DNA of 64,000 nt from the human T2T-CHM13v2.0 reference genome, Homo sapiens, in assembly GCF_009914755.1 (NCBI RefSeq), contig NC_060938.1; one strand, 5' to 3'. The notes beneath the pieces are model-generated. The model made no database searches, was not told the DNA's origin, and saw only the letters and a program-made list of their open reading frames with translations. The position numbers and the translations under genes are program-made. Shown here one piece after another: positions 31,534 through 46,272 of this stretch. The first letter of the stretch is position 1. Every line of letters begins with the position of its first letter.

Positions 31534-31695
31534 CTGGTAAAGCTCAGCCACCTGGATCCAGTCAGAAGGCAGCTGGACAATGGCACAGAAATATCGTCGC
31601 AGGTGGGGGCGACACGCCGGCAAGAAAGCAGCAATGGCCAAGATGTTATTGGCCACATTCCGGACGTTCAGCTGCTGCCTGGCATACAAAGATGC
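31534..31695 (-). CDS. TEP1: TEP1 exon 5 (TROVE)
   Basis: ASLYARQQLNVRNVANNILAIAAFLPACRPHLRRYF...AELYQ; 162 nt. Confidence 0.93.
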
Positions 31696-32373
31696 CTAGG
31701 ACACAGGGTGAGAGGACTAGAATCTCAGTCACTCCTCCCGTAGCTTTCTGCCCTGAAATTACTTGCTGATTGAGTGTGCCTGTATAAAACCTTTCCTGAG
31801 CCCTCCACGTTGTCCACAAAATACGAAGCCCAGGCCACCTGACTTGGCATTCTAAGTCCTCCATACTCTATCCCTTACTCAACTTTCCAGCATGTCTTCT
31901 TCTGAGTCTACTGACTGCCTTGCAAGTCAACCAGGCCTTTTCCTTCTTTGGAAGACCTCCTGCATCAACAGCTATCAAAAATTTATTCTGGGTTCAAATC
32001 ATTGATTAAACCTGCCATTTTCCAAAGCATCATAGAAGATATTTCCCACCGCGCTCTTCTTTGCTTCAGAAATGTTCACTATCTAATATTCCAGCTGTAT
32101 TTGTATGATATTTGGAAAAGTATTTTGCTTCCCTAACAATACTATAAGCTCCTTGAGAGAATGGGTACTTACTAAACAAACCAAGTCTAGTATACTCTTT
32201 CCCCACTCTTCACTGAACCACAGGGACTAGGCCGCAGACTCACCCAGAAATCCTTCCTAAGAGAAGCTCCTCCCACCCCCAACATGAAGCTAGTCACCAC
32301 CCCGCCACACACCATAACCACACTCCCAGTCTACCAGCTTCACACCCCCATCCCCTCCTTCACACCTCAATAC

Positions 32374-32508
32374 CTTGAGGATAAACTCAGGCTCCAGGAG
32401 GGCAAGTTCACGACAGATTTCAAAAATGGCAGCCAGGGTGGGGTCAGATGTATTGTTCATGTTTACTTCTGAGACCAGAGTAGAGCACAGCAAGCTCAGT
32501 AGAGCCAT
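32374..32508 (-). CDS. TEP1: TEP1 exon 4 (TROVE start)
   Basis: MALLSLLCSTLVSEVNMNNTSDPTLAAIFEICRELALLEPEFILK; 135 nt. Confidence 0.93.
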
Positions 32509-32654
32509 CTGGGAATTGAGAAAGAGGGAAGAAATGAGAAGAGAGGTAACAAGGACCAACTTAAGCATCCATGCAGACTAACTTACAAAGTCAAGGACAG
32601 AGAGAATGGACCCGAGATGTGGAGTCCAGTTGAGAACTTACAAAAGGGGATTAG

Positions 32655-33012
32655 GGCCAGGCATGGTGGCTCACATCTGTAATCCCAGCACTCTGGGAGA
32701 CTGAGGTGGGCAGACCACCTGAGGTCAGGAGTTCGAGAGCAGCCTGGCCAACATGGCGAAATCCCATCCCTACTGAAGATACAAAAATTAGCCAGGCATG
32801 GCAGTGCACGCCTGTAATTCCAGCTACTCAGGAGGCTGAGGCAGGAGAATAATGAATTCAGGAGGCAGAGGTTGCAATGAGCTGAGATTATGCCATTGCA
32901 CTCCAACCTAGGTGACAGAGTGAGACTCCATCTCAAAAAAAAAAAAAAAGAAAAGGAAAAGAGAGAAAGAAAGGAAAGAAAAAAAGAAAAGGAAAATAAA
33001 AGAAAAAAGAAA
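32655..33012 (+). mobile_element. AluS with A/G-rich tail
   Basis: Dimer, TSD aaaa(g)ggggattag. Confidence 0.9.
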
Positions 33013-33155
33013 AGGGGATTAGGAAGTGAGAAATAAGAGCTAGGTTGTATCCCTACCTTCCCCTTCCAACTGGGGAGGGGACCTGGTTCAAGTACTCCAC
33101 CACCAACCTCCCCTCCACACCATTATTAACCTTCCCCTAACTCTTGAATTTTTAC

Positions 33156-33323
33156 CTTCTTTTCCTGAAGGACATGGTCAGTAGGCTCTGGATGAGATTC
33201 AGAGTCTCCAGAGGTGAGCTTCACGGCCAGATCCTCCACCTCCTCCTCCTCTCCCAAGCTCAGACTATAAGAAGGCATTTGGGTCTCTGCCCCTTTCTTC
33301 TCTTCTGAATCAAACCAACGACC
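33156..33323 (-). CDS. TEP1: TEP1 exon 3
   Basis: GRWFDSEEKKGAETQMPSYSLSLGEEEEVEDL...LQEKK; 168 nt. Confidence 0.92.
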
Positions 33324-34204
33324 CTGGGGTAGTAGTGGCAGTTATGAATCACAGCAGGTATCCACAGCCCCTCAAAGCCAGATGGATCTGAAGGCAGCAC
33401 CAGGCCACGGGAAAAGTCTACATCTCCATTAATAGCACCTCTAATGTTCTCTCCCTTCACACACCAGCACTGATGTGTCCTGTCTGACTTACTGCTCTCA
33501 CACACCACCTTGCTCTACTCAACCTTCAGAGCCTTCGCCCACATGCTTCATGATCTGCCCCTGCTTTCATCTCTTCATTGGCGTCACAACCTGGGAGCAT
33601 GGGGCTCTTCACACACCTTTTAGGATATTAGTAAGATGTTTTGGGGGTCAGAAGAAAAAGGGCAAAGCCCCATATTAATCCCCCAGCAGCCTTGGGCTGC
33701 TTAACCTCTCTGAACCTCAGCTTTCTCTCATTCACTACCACCTATCTGATAGGGCCACTGGGAAATTAAATGGAGTGTTATATGTATGTATGACTCTTTG
33801 CAAAATGCAAAGCCCTAAATCAATGTAAGATGGCAGCAGTTGTAATCCTGATAACAACCCTGTGAAGTAGATTTTCATTAAATTCATTTTAAAGGCGAGG
33901 AAATTAAAGCTCTAAAGGGTTAAGAGGTTGCCCAAGGTTGCATAGTTTGTAATTGGCAGAGACAGAAGAGGGTTCAGATTAGCCTTGTCCCTCAACCCGA
34001 AACACAAGTATATACAGAAGCAATGTGTGTCTTTCTAGTGATTCTGAACTGTATACTAAATGTAGGCATGTAGATGTGTAAAAGTGGACGTGTATTTGCA
34101 CATGCACAGACAATTAAGTGGTCTCTGGTACAGGCCCTGATAGGGCTGTTGGAAAATTAATTAGCAGATGTATCTCATGCCTGATCTCAAAAGCACCTAA
34201 CTGA

Positions 34205-34606
<402 letters not shown>

Positions 34607-34795
34607 TAGATATGCAATAAAAGTAATGATGCCAGTGAAGATGGTCCTGCAACAAAAGGCACCTTAGGAGAGGCTCTGAGGAGAGAAGATAGCCAGACAC
34701 AGAGCAGCACAGAGGGAAACTGAGACACTGAAAGCTAGAGACAAGAGCATACAACAGACATGGCTGGAGTCAAGATGAGTGCCTGGAGCTATTAC

Positions 34796-35362
34796 CAAAG
34801 TTGCTTCCTGAGCTGTCTCTGTGGCAGAGATGGATTTCAGGGCTATAGGGCAGGTTGAAAGGTCTAGTCCCTTAGAGAAATGCTGAGCCCTCCAACTTGG
34901 AGGCTCAGAGAGCAGGCAATTGCTGTTGTTCACACGGTACAAATCAGCTTGCGTCATGTGAGATATCTGTAGACTCTGGAACAAGGGGCTGGCAGACACA
35001 GTGCTCTTTAGACTAGAGAGGGTGGCCAGGCACCGGTTCTCCAAGGAGAGGATGTCTGGGTGGGCAGAAACATGTCCATGTGGTTTCTCCATGGTCTTCA
35101 GGTCAGAAAGTGTGGCCAGGCACTGGTTCTCCAAGGAGAGGATGTCTGGGTGGGCAGACACATATCCATGTGGTTTTTCCATGGTCTTCAGGTCAGGAAG
35201 CGTGGCTAGGCACTGGTTCTTCAAGGAGAGGATATCTGAGTGGGTAGATACATGCTGATGTAGTTTCTCCAAGGGCTGTAAGTCAGGGAGCATAGCCAGG
35301 CACCGGTTCTCCAAGGAGAGGATGTCTGGATGGGCAGACACATGCCCATGGAGTTTTTCCAT
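34796..35362 (-). CDS. TEP1: TEP1 exon 2 coding part (start codon; four TEP1_N repeats); exon begins at 35386
   Basis: GCCATGG Kozak at 35362; 567 nt to GT donor; acceptor ttctag at 35388-35387 leaves 24 nt of 5'UTR. Confidence 0.96.
35003..35362 (-). repeat. Four tandem 90-bp coding repeats (30-aa TEP1_N repeats)
   Basis: (M/L)EKxHxxVSxHxDILSLxNxCLAxL repeated four times with a 90-nt period. Confidence 0.95.
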
Positions 35363-35939
35363 GGCTGAAACTCAGCTTGTATATGCCTAGAAGGAGAGAA
35401 AGACAGGAGATGAGCACCTGGCTGCACTGAGCGTGTATTTGCATGAGAGCATATCTTCCCCACAGCCCTCCTGATAATGCCAATGATTTGTGGGTAGAAA
35501 ACAACCAATGTTGTTTTTCCCAGGACTGGGTTCATCCAGAGAATATTCTAAGAGAGAGGGATAGGGAAAAGGTAAGGCAGAGGCTTAAGAGCAGAGAAAT
35601 TAAGAAAAGGCCAGGTGCAGTGGCTCATGCCTGTAATCCCAACACTTTGGGAGCTGAGGCAAGAGGATTCCTTGAGCCCAAGAGTTTGAGGCAAGCCTGG
35701 GCAACACGGTGAAACCTCATCTCTACAAAGTTTTAAAAAATAAAAAATATTTCTTAAAAAAAAAAACAACAAAAAGGAATGGCTGGAGAGGAAGGGACAT
35801 GCCTTCTCATAAGAAGGTAAAGGAGACCCAACCCCCCTGACCCCCGCTGCAGGACTATCAGTTTGATCCCTACTTAGTAGAGAGGCCTCGCAATATAATC
35901 TGGACTGTGGGTTCATAGCTCCAGAGAAACAGGTACTTT

Positions 35940-36500
35940 AATCAAGTTGTCAATATTCACCACCCCAGCTTCCTTGCCTCCTATTCACTCTTTAACCAAC
36001 TAAATGGGATTCTGTCCCCACCAGTCCACAAGTCCTCTTAGGTAACCAAGGAACTTTTTCTTACTCCCATAAATAAATATATCTTGGCCTTTATCTTATT
36101 TCACCCCTCAAGTAGAATATGACATTGTTGATTACTCTCTCATTAAAACTCTCTCTTCCTTTGCTTTCCATGATGCTACTGTCCTGATTTTCTTCTTAAA
36201 ACTATTCTGACTAGATCTTCTGAGGGATTCTTTCTCTGCCATTTCTTAACATCAATGCTCCTTGCAGTTCTATTCTAATCCTTTTACATACTTTCCTGGA
36301 GTGGTCTCACCCACTATGTGGCTCCAAATGACATTTCTATGCTGGCGACTCACAGATCTATTCCTGGACCTAGATCTCCCTTCTGAGCTTCATATTCACT
36401 TATCCATTTCCCCGTTGGACATCCCCACTGGATGACTCAAAGGTGCTCCAAATTCCACAGATCCTAAATGTATCATCTTTCTCCTTCTCATATCTCTGCC
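35940..36500. mobile_element. L2 relic
   Basis: Pyrimidine-rich; tatgctggcgactcacagatcta...catccccactggatg. Confidence 0.5.
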
Positions 36501-36651
36501 CCAAATCCATTCCCCTTCCTTTGCCCCCTTTGCCCACTGGAGTTGGAAGTGAGACAGACTTTACTTTGAATCCTCCTTTACCTTGGGATCTTGGTTGGAT
36601 AAGATACTTAAATTCTCTGTGTCTCTAGGGTTTTCTCATTTATAAAATTAA

Positions 36652-36979
<328 letters not shown>

Positions 36980-37247
36980 CTACCTCACAGAGTTGTTATA
37001 GAAATAAATGAGAAAAAAATATTAGGCACTTTGAGCATTGCCTGGCACTAAGTGTTCAATATAGAAGCTATTATTATTTGTTATTATTATCCAGTAAACT
37101 ACTAAATTCTATTGATTCTACTCCCTCAGTGTCTCTCAGATCTATCCAATTCTCTCCATTCCTCCTACCACCACCTTTGTTGAAACCCTCTAATCCATGT
37201 GGTGACATACTGTATATAGATTTGTCTAAAGGACCTCCCTGCTAGAG

Positions 37248-38030
<783 letters not shown>

Positions 38031-38719
38031 TAATTGTTTCTCTTTACTGAAATACAACTCCTGAAGGTAAGGGCTCCTTTGTCTTGCTCCCCTCTGCATC
38101 TTCAGCATCATACACAAAACCCGACTTCCGGTCACCTCCCAGCATCATCTCTCACTAACACCCCGATCTAACCCTCAGCACTCTAAGCTTCAATCATACA
38201 AATTTTATTTAGCTTATTAATTGCCAAGGTATCTCTTGACTACGGGCCTGTGCACAGGCAGATCCCTGGAACACTCTTTCTTCTACCAATACCACCCCTC
38301 CTTTACAAGGCCAAATGCTACTTTCCTCTCACTCTACAGACTTCAGTTTCATCAACTCCTCCAAAAAGCCTGTGCTGACACCAAGCCCCAGTCTGATTTA
38401 GGTGGCCTTCTCCTTGTTTTCACAACACCCATATGTCCCCTATCATAGAGCACATCACCTGTTTGTCTTTCTTCCCAATAGACCATTAAGTTCCTGAGGA
38501 GAGAGACCCTTTTAGCCTTGTTCCCACAATTGCTGGTCAGCGGGATTCAGAGGCTTTTGAGAATCTGGTAAAAGCTATGGAGCTTTTTCACAGAAAAAAA
38601 AAAAGTATATACTGTTTTGTGCTCAATTTTCAGAGTGTCTATGAAGCCCATTTATGGACCTCCCAGGATCTCCATAAACTGAAAATTAGAAACCTCTGCC
38701 TAACAGAATGCTTGAATTA

Positions 38720-38851
<132 letters not shown>

Positions 38852-39587
38852 CTATTTAAAAAAAAAAAGGAATGTATTTTCTTACTTATTTGGACAAAGG
38901 CTAATCTCTCATTCATATGTAAATATTTTGGGAATAATATTGTTAAGTCAACCACCTAAACTTAGTGTGAAAAAGCTTAGGGACAAAAGTACAGAACACT
39001 TCCAAGAAGACCTGAATGACTAACAATCCAGGGCCAAAAAGGACAACAATATCTCACTGGACGTCAGTGTGACAAACACGTAAAAAATGATGGCTTCTGT
39101 GCCCAATACACTTTGCTCATGTCGTTGCCCTATATAAGCCCCCAAGGAAAGGAGTGGGGAAACTCAGAATTGACTCAGATTTTTTTTAAAAGAGATCTCA
39201 AGCCAAAAATAAACAGAAAAATAAGGACAGTTTATTTGAGCAACATAGTGAGACTGTCCTATCCTTAAAAGGACAGTCTCACTATTTTGCTCATTTTATT
39301 GTTTTGCACCCTGGAGTTTTTGAAAGGAGATTCGGCTGAACCACAAATGGAAAGTTAAAGTTCCGTCCCCACTTCCATCTCTAGTTCCCTTCTCTGGAAG
39401 TAAACATTGCTAACAGTTTTATACTAACAGTTTCACAGTTTCTATGCATATGCAAATACATGCCTTCACCATCACCACTGCTTTTGCTTTTGCTTTACAC
39501 AAACAGGATCATAAGTTAGATGCTATTCTGCACTTAGTATATCTCAGAGACCTTGCCCTGTTAACACATTAATACCCACCTCACTCT

Positions 39588-39869
<282 letters not shown>

Positions 39870-40109
39870 TCCACCTCACTCTTCAAGTGGCTGTATGGTA
39901 GTCTAGCACATTTAAGCAGTCTGGGTTTCTATTATCACAAACGGTTCTCATACTACCATTTGTTGGTGACAGCCACTGTCCCCTTTCGATGGGCACACAG
40001 GGCAAGGAAGTAAGAGGGGATGATTCTTACGTGGTCTCTCTTCCTGTCCCTCCCTCTCCTTCAGCCTTCTCCTCCTCCTTTCTCACCTCCCCTTTCACGC
40101 AGTATACAC

Positions 40110-40560
40110 TCCCTCCCCTTCCCGGAGCCGCCGGGAGGAGCAGGGTGGATGCACCCCTAGCTGAGTCTCGGGTTGTTCCTAACCGGCCCCGCCAGGCACT
40201 TCCCACCCAGCTCTCAGCCTCAGAGCCCAGCGCCCTAGACCCAGGGCCAGGGCAAGTTCTGCCTGCGCTCGGACCCCACCTTAGACTGGGGCTGGAAACC
40301 CTGGGTGCCTGACCTGGGGCGTCCGATTCCCGCAGCAGGAAGCAGAAACTTCGCTCTGGATTCTGCCGGTGGGAAGGGTGGCAGCCGGGGGAGGAGCCGG
40401 ATGCGGATCTGAGAAGAGACGGTGCGGGCGGAGACTCTCGGGCCCGGGCGGGGCGCAGCAGCTGCTGGAAGGGCAGCGAGCCGAGGGCCGGGCAAGACGA
40501 CATGCCAGGGCTGCGACGCGAATGCCCAGGACCCCTGCAGCCTTTTCTGGGGCCCGAGTT
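40110..40560. promoter_or_regulatory. TEP1 CpG-island promoter (GC box, ETS-like motifs)
   Basis: High GC and CpG density; GGGCGGGGC at 40446-40454; CAGGAAG and CCGGAT motifs; no TATA. Confidence 0.85.
40314..40400 (-). other. TEP1: TEP1 non-coding exon 1 (5' boundary approximate)
   Basis: Donor CCCCAG|GTCAGG at 40313 inside the CpG island; TSS not determinable from sequence. Confidence 0.65.
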
Positions 40561-41271
40561 TAGTTTGTTATTGTTTCTATTTTTTTTCCCTTTCTGGTCC
40601 TATTTTCTCCTGTCCCTAGGGCTTCCCCCTCTACCAAATTCGTCTCCTCTGGCTAATTTTCGTCTTTTTTTCTCCCATTAACTCTTCAAACACCGTTTCC
40701 TGGAAAAGATTTTAGCATGCTCGCTGCCTAGCTGTACACCTCTCCTTCCTAATATCAAAGACGGTCAGACTCAATTCATCCTAAAGTTCCTTTGAGGAAC
40801 TCCTTAAAAGGAGACGGAAAGCGGAAAGCAACCGCCTGTAACCAAGTGTAGACATCAGTCAATCAAAGTTCGCTGAACTGAGAGCAAGTGCCTCCCCTCC
40901 TGTTGATCAGAAGAGAGATCCGTGGATCACACAGAATCTATCTGGAGCCATCCTGAATGATTAATGCTGAACCCTTTCCAGGAAGATGGAACCAGGCTTA
41001 GGAAAGAGACAAGTGACCCTTAGGTTAATAATCCTAGCTTCATAAAGAGAGGACCAAACATAGTAGCAGGAGAAATATGCTTTCTGCCTTTATATAAAGC
41101 AGATTAGCTGTCTTCTGGAAAATATCATTGCTTTCCTTAGAGAGGTACCCTTGAGTCTCAGGTAACAGCTGAGCTTCCGCTCAGAATTGAGGGCATTCTG
41201 TCCTCTATTAACTGAGCCAGTACCCCTTTCCTTCCTTAGAAACCTCTATTGCCACCAGTCCCAACACTCCC

Positions 41272-41629
41272 TGCAATGGTCTTTATGTTTGTGTCTCCCC
41301 AAAATTTATATATTGAAACCCTAATCCCAATGCGATGGTATTTAGGGTGGGATCTCTGGGAGGTCATTAGGTCATGGAGTTTAGAATACTCATAAATGGG
41401 ATTGGTGGCCTCATAAGGAGAGACGGAAGAGCTAGCTAGCTCTTTTTCCACGATATGAGGATACAAGAAAACAGCCATCTGCAATCCCAAGGAAGACCCT
41501 CATCTTCAGAGGCAGACCATGCTGGCAATCTGATCTTGGACTTCCATTCTCTAGAACTGTGAGAAATAATATTTGTTGTTTAAGCCACCCGGTCTACGGT
41601 AATTTGTTATAGCAACCTGAACTAAAACA
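41272..41629 (+). mobile_element. MaLR solo LTR (MLT1A-like)
   Basis: tgtgtctccccaaaatttatatattgaaaccctaatccc...ttgtttaagccaccc...ttgttatagca. Confidence 0.8.
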
Positions 41630-41895
41630 TTTCCTTTTTATAACAAATATTTTAAAGCTCTTTTTATTTTTCTGAAACATAATTCGTAAAGAATGTAACT
41701 TACCCCCACGCACAATTTTAAACCAAAATTTAAAGACAAAAAGTAGAGACAGGGTTTTGCTATGTTGCCCAGGCTCTCTACCTCCAGGGCTCAAATAGTC
41801 CTCCTACCTTGGCCTCCCAAAGTGCTTGGATTACAGGCATAAGCCACCATGCCTGGCCAAAAAATTAGTAAAATCTCTTAAAGAGATATAAAGGA

Positions 41896-41985
41896 GTCTA
41901 CGGCCATACCACCCCGAACGCGCCCGATCTCCTCTGATCTTGGAAGCTGAGCAGGGTTGGGCTTGGTTAGTACTTGGATGGGAGA
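41896..41985 (+). pseudogene. 3'-truncated 5S rRNA pseudogene (tailless retrocopy)
   Basis: GTCTACGGCCATACCACCCCGAACGCGCCCGATCTC...TTGGATGGGAGA matches about nt 1-90 of 5S rRNA with several substitutions; flanked by imperfect direct repeat GAGATA(T)AAAGGA. Confidence 0.93.
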
Positions 41986-42355
41986 TAAAAGGAATACTAG
42001 AAAGAATATGACTTATAATTAAATACTATATGTTTAGATATGTAAATGTTTGTGTATAACATTCAAGAAGACACAATGTGGTACTCAGATATATGCATCT
42101 GTATATAAAATCACCTGGAATGTAACAGCTACAAATGCAGAATGATACAGGCATTATAATGGCGATTCAAATACCATGAACAGAATTACTGATGTGGTAT
42201 GATTTTCCAGAATACTAAATAGCTTTTGGCAGATTTTCAAACAAAACAAGGTATGATCATCCCATGATTTTCATGGTAGTTGCATCCCTGGAAAGTTCAG
42301 TGTGTATTAAAACTACGCATAAAATGCCTTGTGTTTATATTTAAAATTAAATTAT

Positions 42356-42661
<306 letters not shown>

Positions 42662-43451
42662 TTAGATCCTAATTAAAACGAGTTTTCAGCTACATGAACG
42701 ACTGGCAAGTTATTCAAAGTTAAAGATGCGGAAATGTCACTCATTGTGTGGTAGTGTCCTAAACAGTTCCTGAATGTTGAGCTATCCTGGGCCCTACCCA
42801 TTTAAATGTGTAAAATCATCCTAATTATTGTGAAAGCCAAAAACACCCCCTAGAGGGCAGTACCACTCACATCGAAAACCTTCATTAGTGGTCTGTTTAG
42901 AGGAGAAAGAGAGGAGTTTGGTGAGGGAACACAAGAGCTAGGAAACCTGAAAGAAAGGGTTACGTGAGGTGACTACAGTGGGAGCATATTGAGGAGAAGG
43001 AAGTGAGGGGAGGGATTGAAGGAGTCCACACAGGGCCTTTCTTCTGAAGTCCAGCTTTATAAGGCCTCTTCCCCATAGAATATGCCTTAGATAATAATCC
43101 CAACCTCAAGACCTCGTAGTCTGTGACTCTCTGTGGGAAACACCTGCCCCACCAGTGAAAGAACAGCATATGCAAGCCCTTCCATCATATTCCCATAAAT
43201 ATCAGACCTGAGAAGACTGGCAATACAGGAGGGAAGGCAATTGGTGATGGCTTCCTGATTGGCTTTGAGGATCTAGTTTTACTTTCTGGTTTCCTGAAGC
43301 AGCAAAGAGATTCAAGGCCAGCAAGGCTTGTACACTGGAACTACCTGGAGATCTTTTAAAAATTCCAAAGTCCAGGCCACACCCCAGACCAATTAAATCG
43401 CAATCACCCAGAGTAGGACCCAGGCATCAGTAGTTTTTGAAGTTTCCTAGG

Positions 43452-43806
43452 TGCTATGGTCTGAATATGTCCCCCAAAATTCATGTTGAAACTCAATCTG
43501 CGATGTGATAATATTAAGGGTTGGGGTCTTTAGGAGGGATTAAGTCGTGAGAGCAGAGCCCTTATGAATGGAGTTTGCAGCCTTATAAAAGGGCTAGAAG
43601 AAACCAGCAATCACTCCTTTGTTTGCCCTTCCACCTTCTGCCATGAGAAGATGCAGCAAGAAGGTATGTTCTCACCAGACACCAAATGCTAGTGCCTTGA
43701 TCTTGGACTTCCCCAGCCTCCAGAATTATGAGAAATAAATTTCTATTATCTATAAAATTACCCAGTCTCAGGTATTTTGGTATAGCAGCACCAGTGGATG
43801 GAGACA
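43452..43806 (+). mobile_element. MaLR solo LTR (MSTB/MSTD-like) inserted in a MER5-type element
   Basis: tgctatggtctgaatatgtcccccaaaattcatgttgaaac...ctcaggtattttggtatagcagca. Confidence 0.8.
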
Positions 43807-44138
43807 TCAGGTGATACTAATGTGCAGAAAAGTTTAGGAACCTCTGCTCGAGGGTCTCACTAATCAAAGTATGGGATTGTGGACCACAACATCAACATCA
43901 CCTTGTTAGAAATGCAGACTCTCAGGCTCTACCCCAGATCTACTGAATCAGAATCTTTTAACAATATTTTCAGGTTATTCCCACTCACATTAAAGTTTGA
44001 GAAACACTGATCCAGACAAGTGGGGTGGAACCTGAGAATCTATATTTCCAAACACTGTGGTCAGGGCCCAGTGATTTGTATTTTAACAAGCTGTCCGGTT
44101 GGTTTTGGTACATGCTTAAATTTAAGAACCCCTGATTA

Positions 44139-44441
44139 GGCAGGGTGTGGTGGCTCATGCCTATAATCCCAGCACTTTGGGAGGCTAAGCGGGCAGATCA
44201 CTTGAGCTCAGGAGTTTGAGACCAGCCTGGGCAACATGGTGAAACCCTGTCTCTATAAAAGATGCCAAAAAAAAAAAAAAAAATTAGCTAGGCATGGTGG
44301 CCCACACCTGTAGTCCTTGCTACTTCTGGAGCTGAGGCAGGAGGATTGCTTAAGTCCAGGAAGTCGAGGCGGCAGTGAGCTGTGTTCGTGCCCTGGCAAC
44401 CTGGGTGACAAAGCAAGACCCTGTCTCAAAAAAAAAAAAAA
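44139..44441 (+). mobile_element. AluJ-like
   Basis: ttgagctcaggagtttgagaccagcctgggcaac, ggaggattgctt. Confidence 0.88.
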
Positions 44442-45854
44442 GCTCTGATTAAAACGAAGATTGTTGCTCATCTCTTTTGAAAATTTCTGATTCAGTAGGT
44501 AGGTCTGAGATGGAACCTGAGAATTTGCACTTCCAGCAATTTCTCAGGTAATCATGACTCTTATCTCTGATCTGAGGTAAACATTTAAAAAACTATTAAT
44601 CTAGGATGATTACCTAAACAGAAGCGATAGTTACTACCTACCACATGGCAGAGGTAGGTAGTAAATAATGCACCTGTCACACTTGAATTGCATATATAAA
44701 TTAAAAATTTGGCCCAATTCCCAGATGTTCTGTTCCAATCACACAGCCACTGAATGATCCCTAAAGGACATTTCAGCTGTGTTTTGAGGAGCCAGATAAA
44801 CTATCTCTGCCTTGCAACAGAGAAAACCTTTCAACTGGCAAGATGTTCACAATGTTCAAATTCAGCTTTTCATACCCGTAGGAAGTGCTAATCATATTGC
44901 CAATATTTGCTTCTTTGAGTCATGCTTTCCTAAGTTAGCCATTCCCTTGAGTTGAACCAATCTTTCTTCAGATGACTATCATTAGAATAAATCAGGAGTT
45001 TTGCCAATCAAATAACTATACCAGGGCTGGGAAGATGTGCCATTTCCCACTGGAATGAAATCACTTAACTCTCACAGAACCATCTTACATTCCTTATTTG
45101 CAAGTTCTTAAAGGACCATTCACTTTCTCCTGCATATAGGCCAACACCACCTTACTGTTGATTAGTAGCATTGAGCTGCGATGGCCAACTGATGGGTGTA
45201 ATATCCAGATTTGTCTCTGGGACAAAGGAGTGCCACCCCCTCAGTCTTCCCTTTTGGGAAGGGTCCTACCACCTGTTAAAATTGCTCACTTGTGGTCAGT
45301 TTTCTTGCATGTTCATTGTCCTCCTCTACTTTGATCAACAAACATCTGCTAATCCCCTGTCAAAGAATAGTGCTAGTACATGGGTAAAATGTATACAACA
45401 TGCCTTCTTCTCAAGACTTCATCATCTTGTAGAGATAGACACATGTAGAAATCACAAAAATACAAGGCAGATAAAGAGAAGTGCTATAATGGACTAAGAG
45501 ACAAACTATAGGGTTATATAGGTGAGAGCAAGGATCTCAAGCAACTCCCTGGAGAGATGGACTTTGAACTGGGAAGGGCAGGCCTCTGATAAGCTGGGAG
45601 GGGAGTGACCAGTAGGAAGTGGAAAGGCCATTGGTTTTACCTGATTTTTTTCTTCTTTGTGAATGATTACCTTTAGATTCACAGTATACGTTTGTTTGAC
45701 CTAACCATCACAACTTAAAGCATCACACAAGCCGTGATAGTTGGACAAGCACACACTTACTGGATAGCCACTTGTCACCTCAGACAAGCCCTTCTGGGCC
45801 ATCTGAAAGCAGATTACAAGAACCTCAGTGTCTTCTCCCTTCTGACTCTTCTGA

Positions 45855-46252
<398 letters not shown>

Positions 46253-46272
46253 TGACTAGTCTCCCTAATCGG

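Larger units (their letters stand above)
43330..44600. mobile_element. Cluster of MER5-type DNA transposon relics
   Basis: Repeated ttgttagaaatgcaga...cccagatctactgaatcagaa / aagtttgagaa motifs. Confidence 0.55.

Noticed and set aside
35003-35362. Regularly spaced repeats as a CRISPR-like array
   Set aside because: They are in-frame coding tandem repeats with no unique spacers, in a eukaryotic exon.
40027-40503. 158-aa ATG ORF over the TEP1 promoter as a possible N-terminal extension
   Set aside because: Splicing from either donor (40314 or 40031) to 35386 is out of frame with the TEP1 ATG; typical stop-poor CpG-island ORF.
40816-40830. GGAAAGCGGAAAGC ISRE-like motif upstream of TEP1
   Set aside because: Spacing differs from GAAANNGAAA and it is a single short motif; insufficient support.
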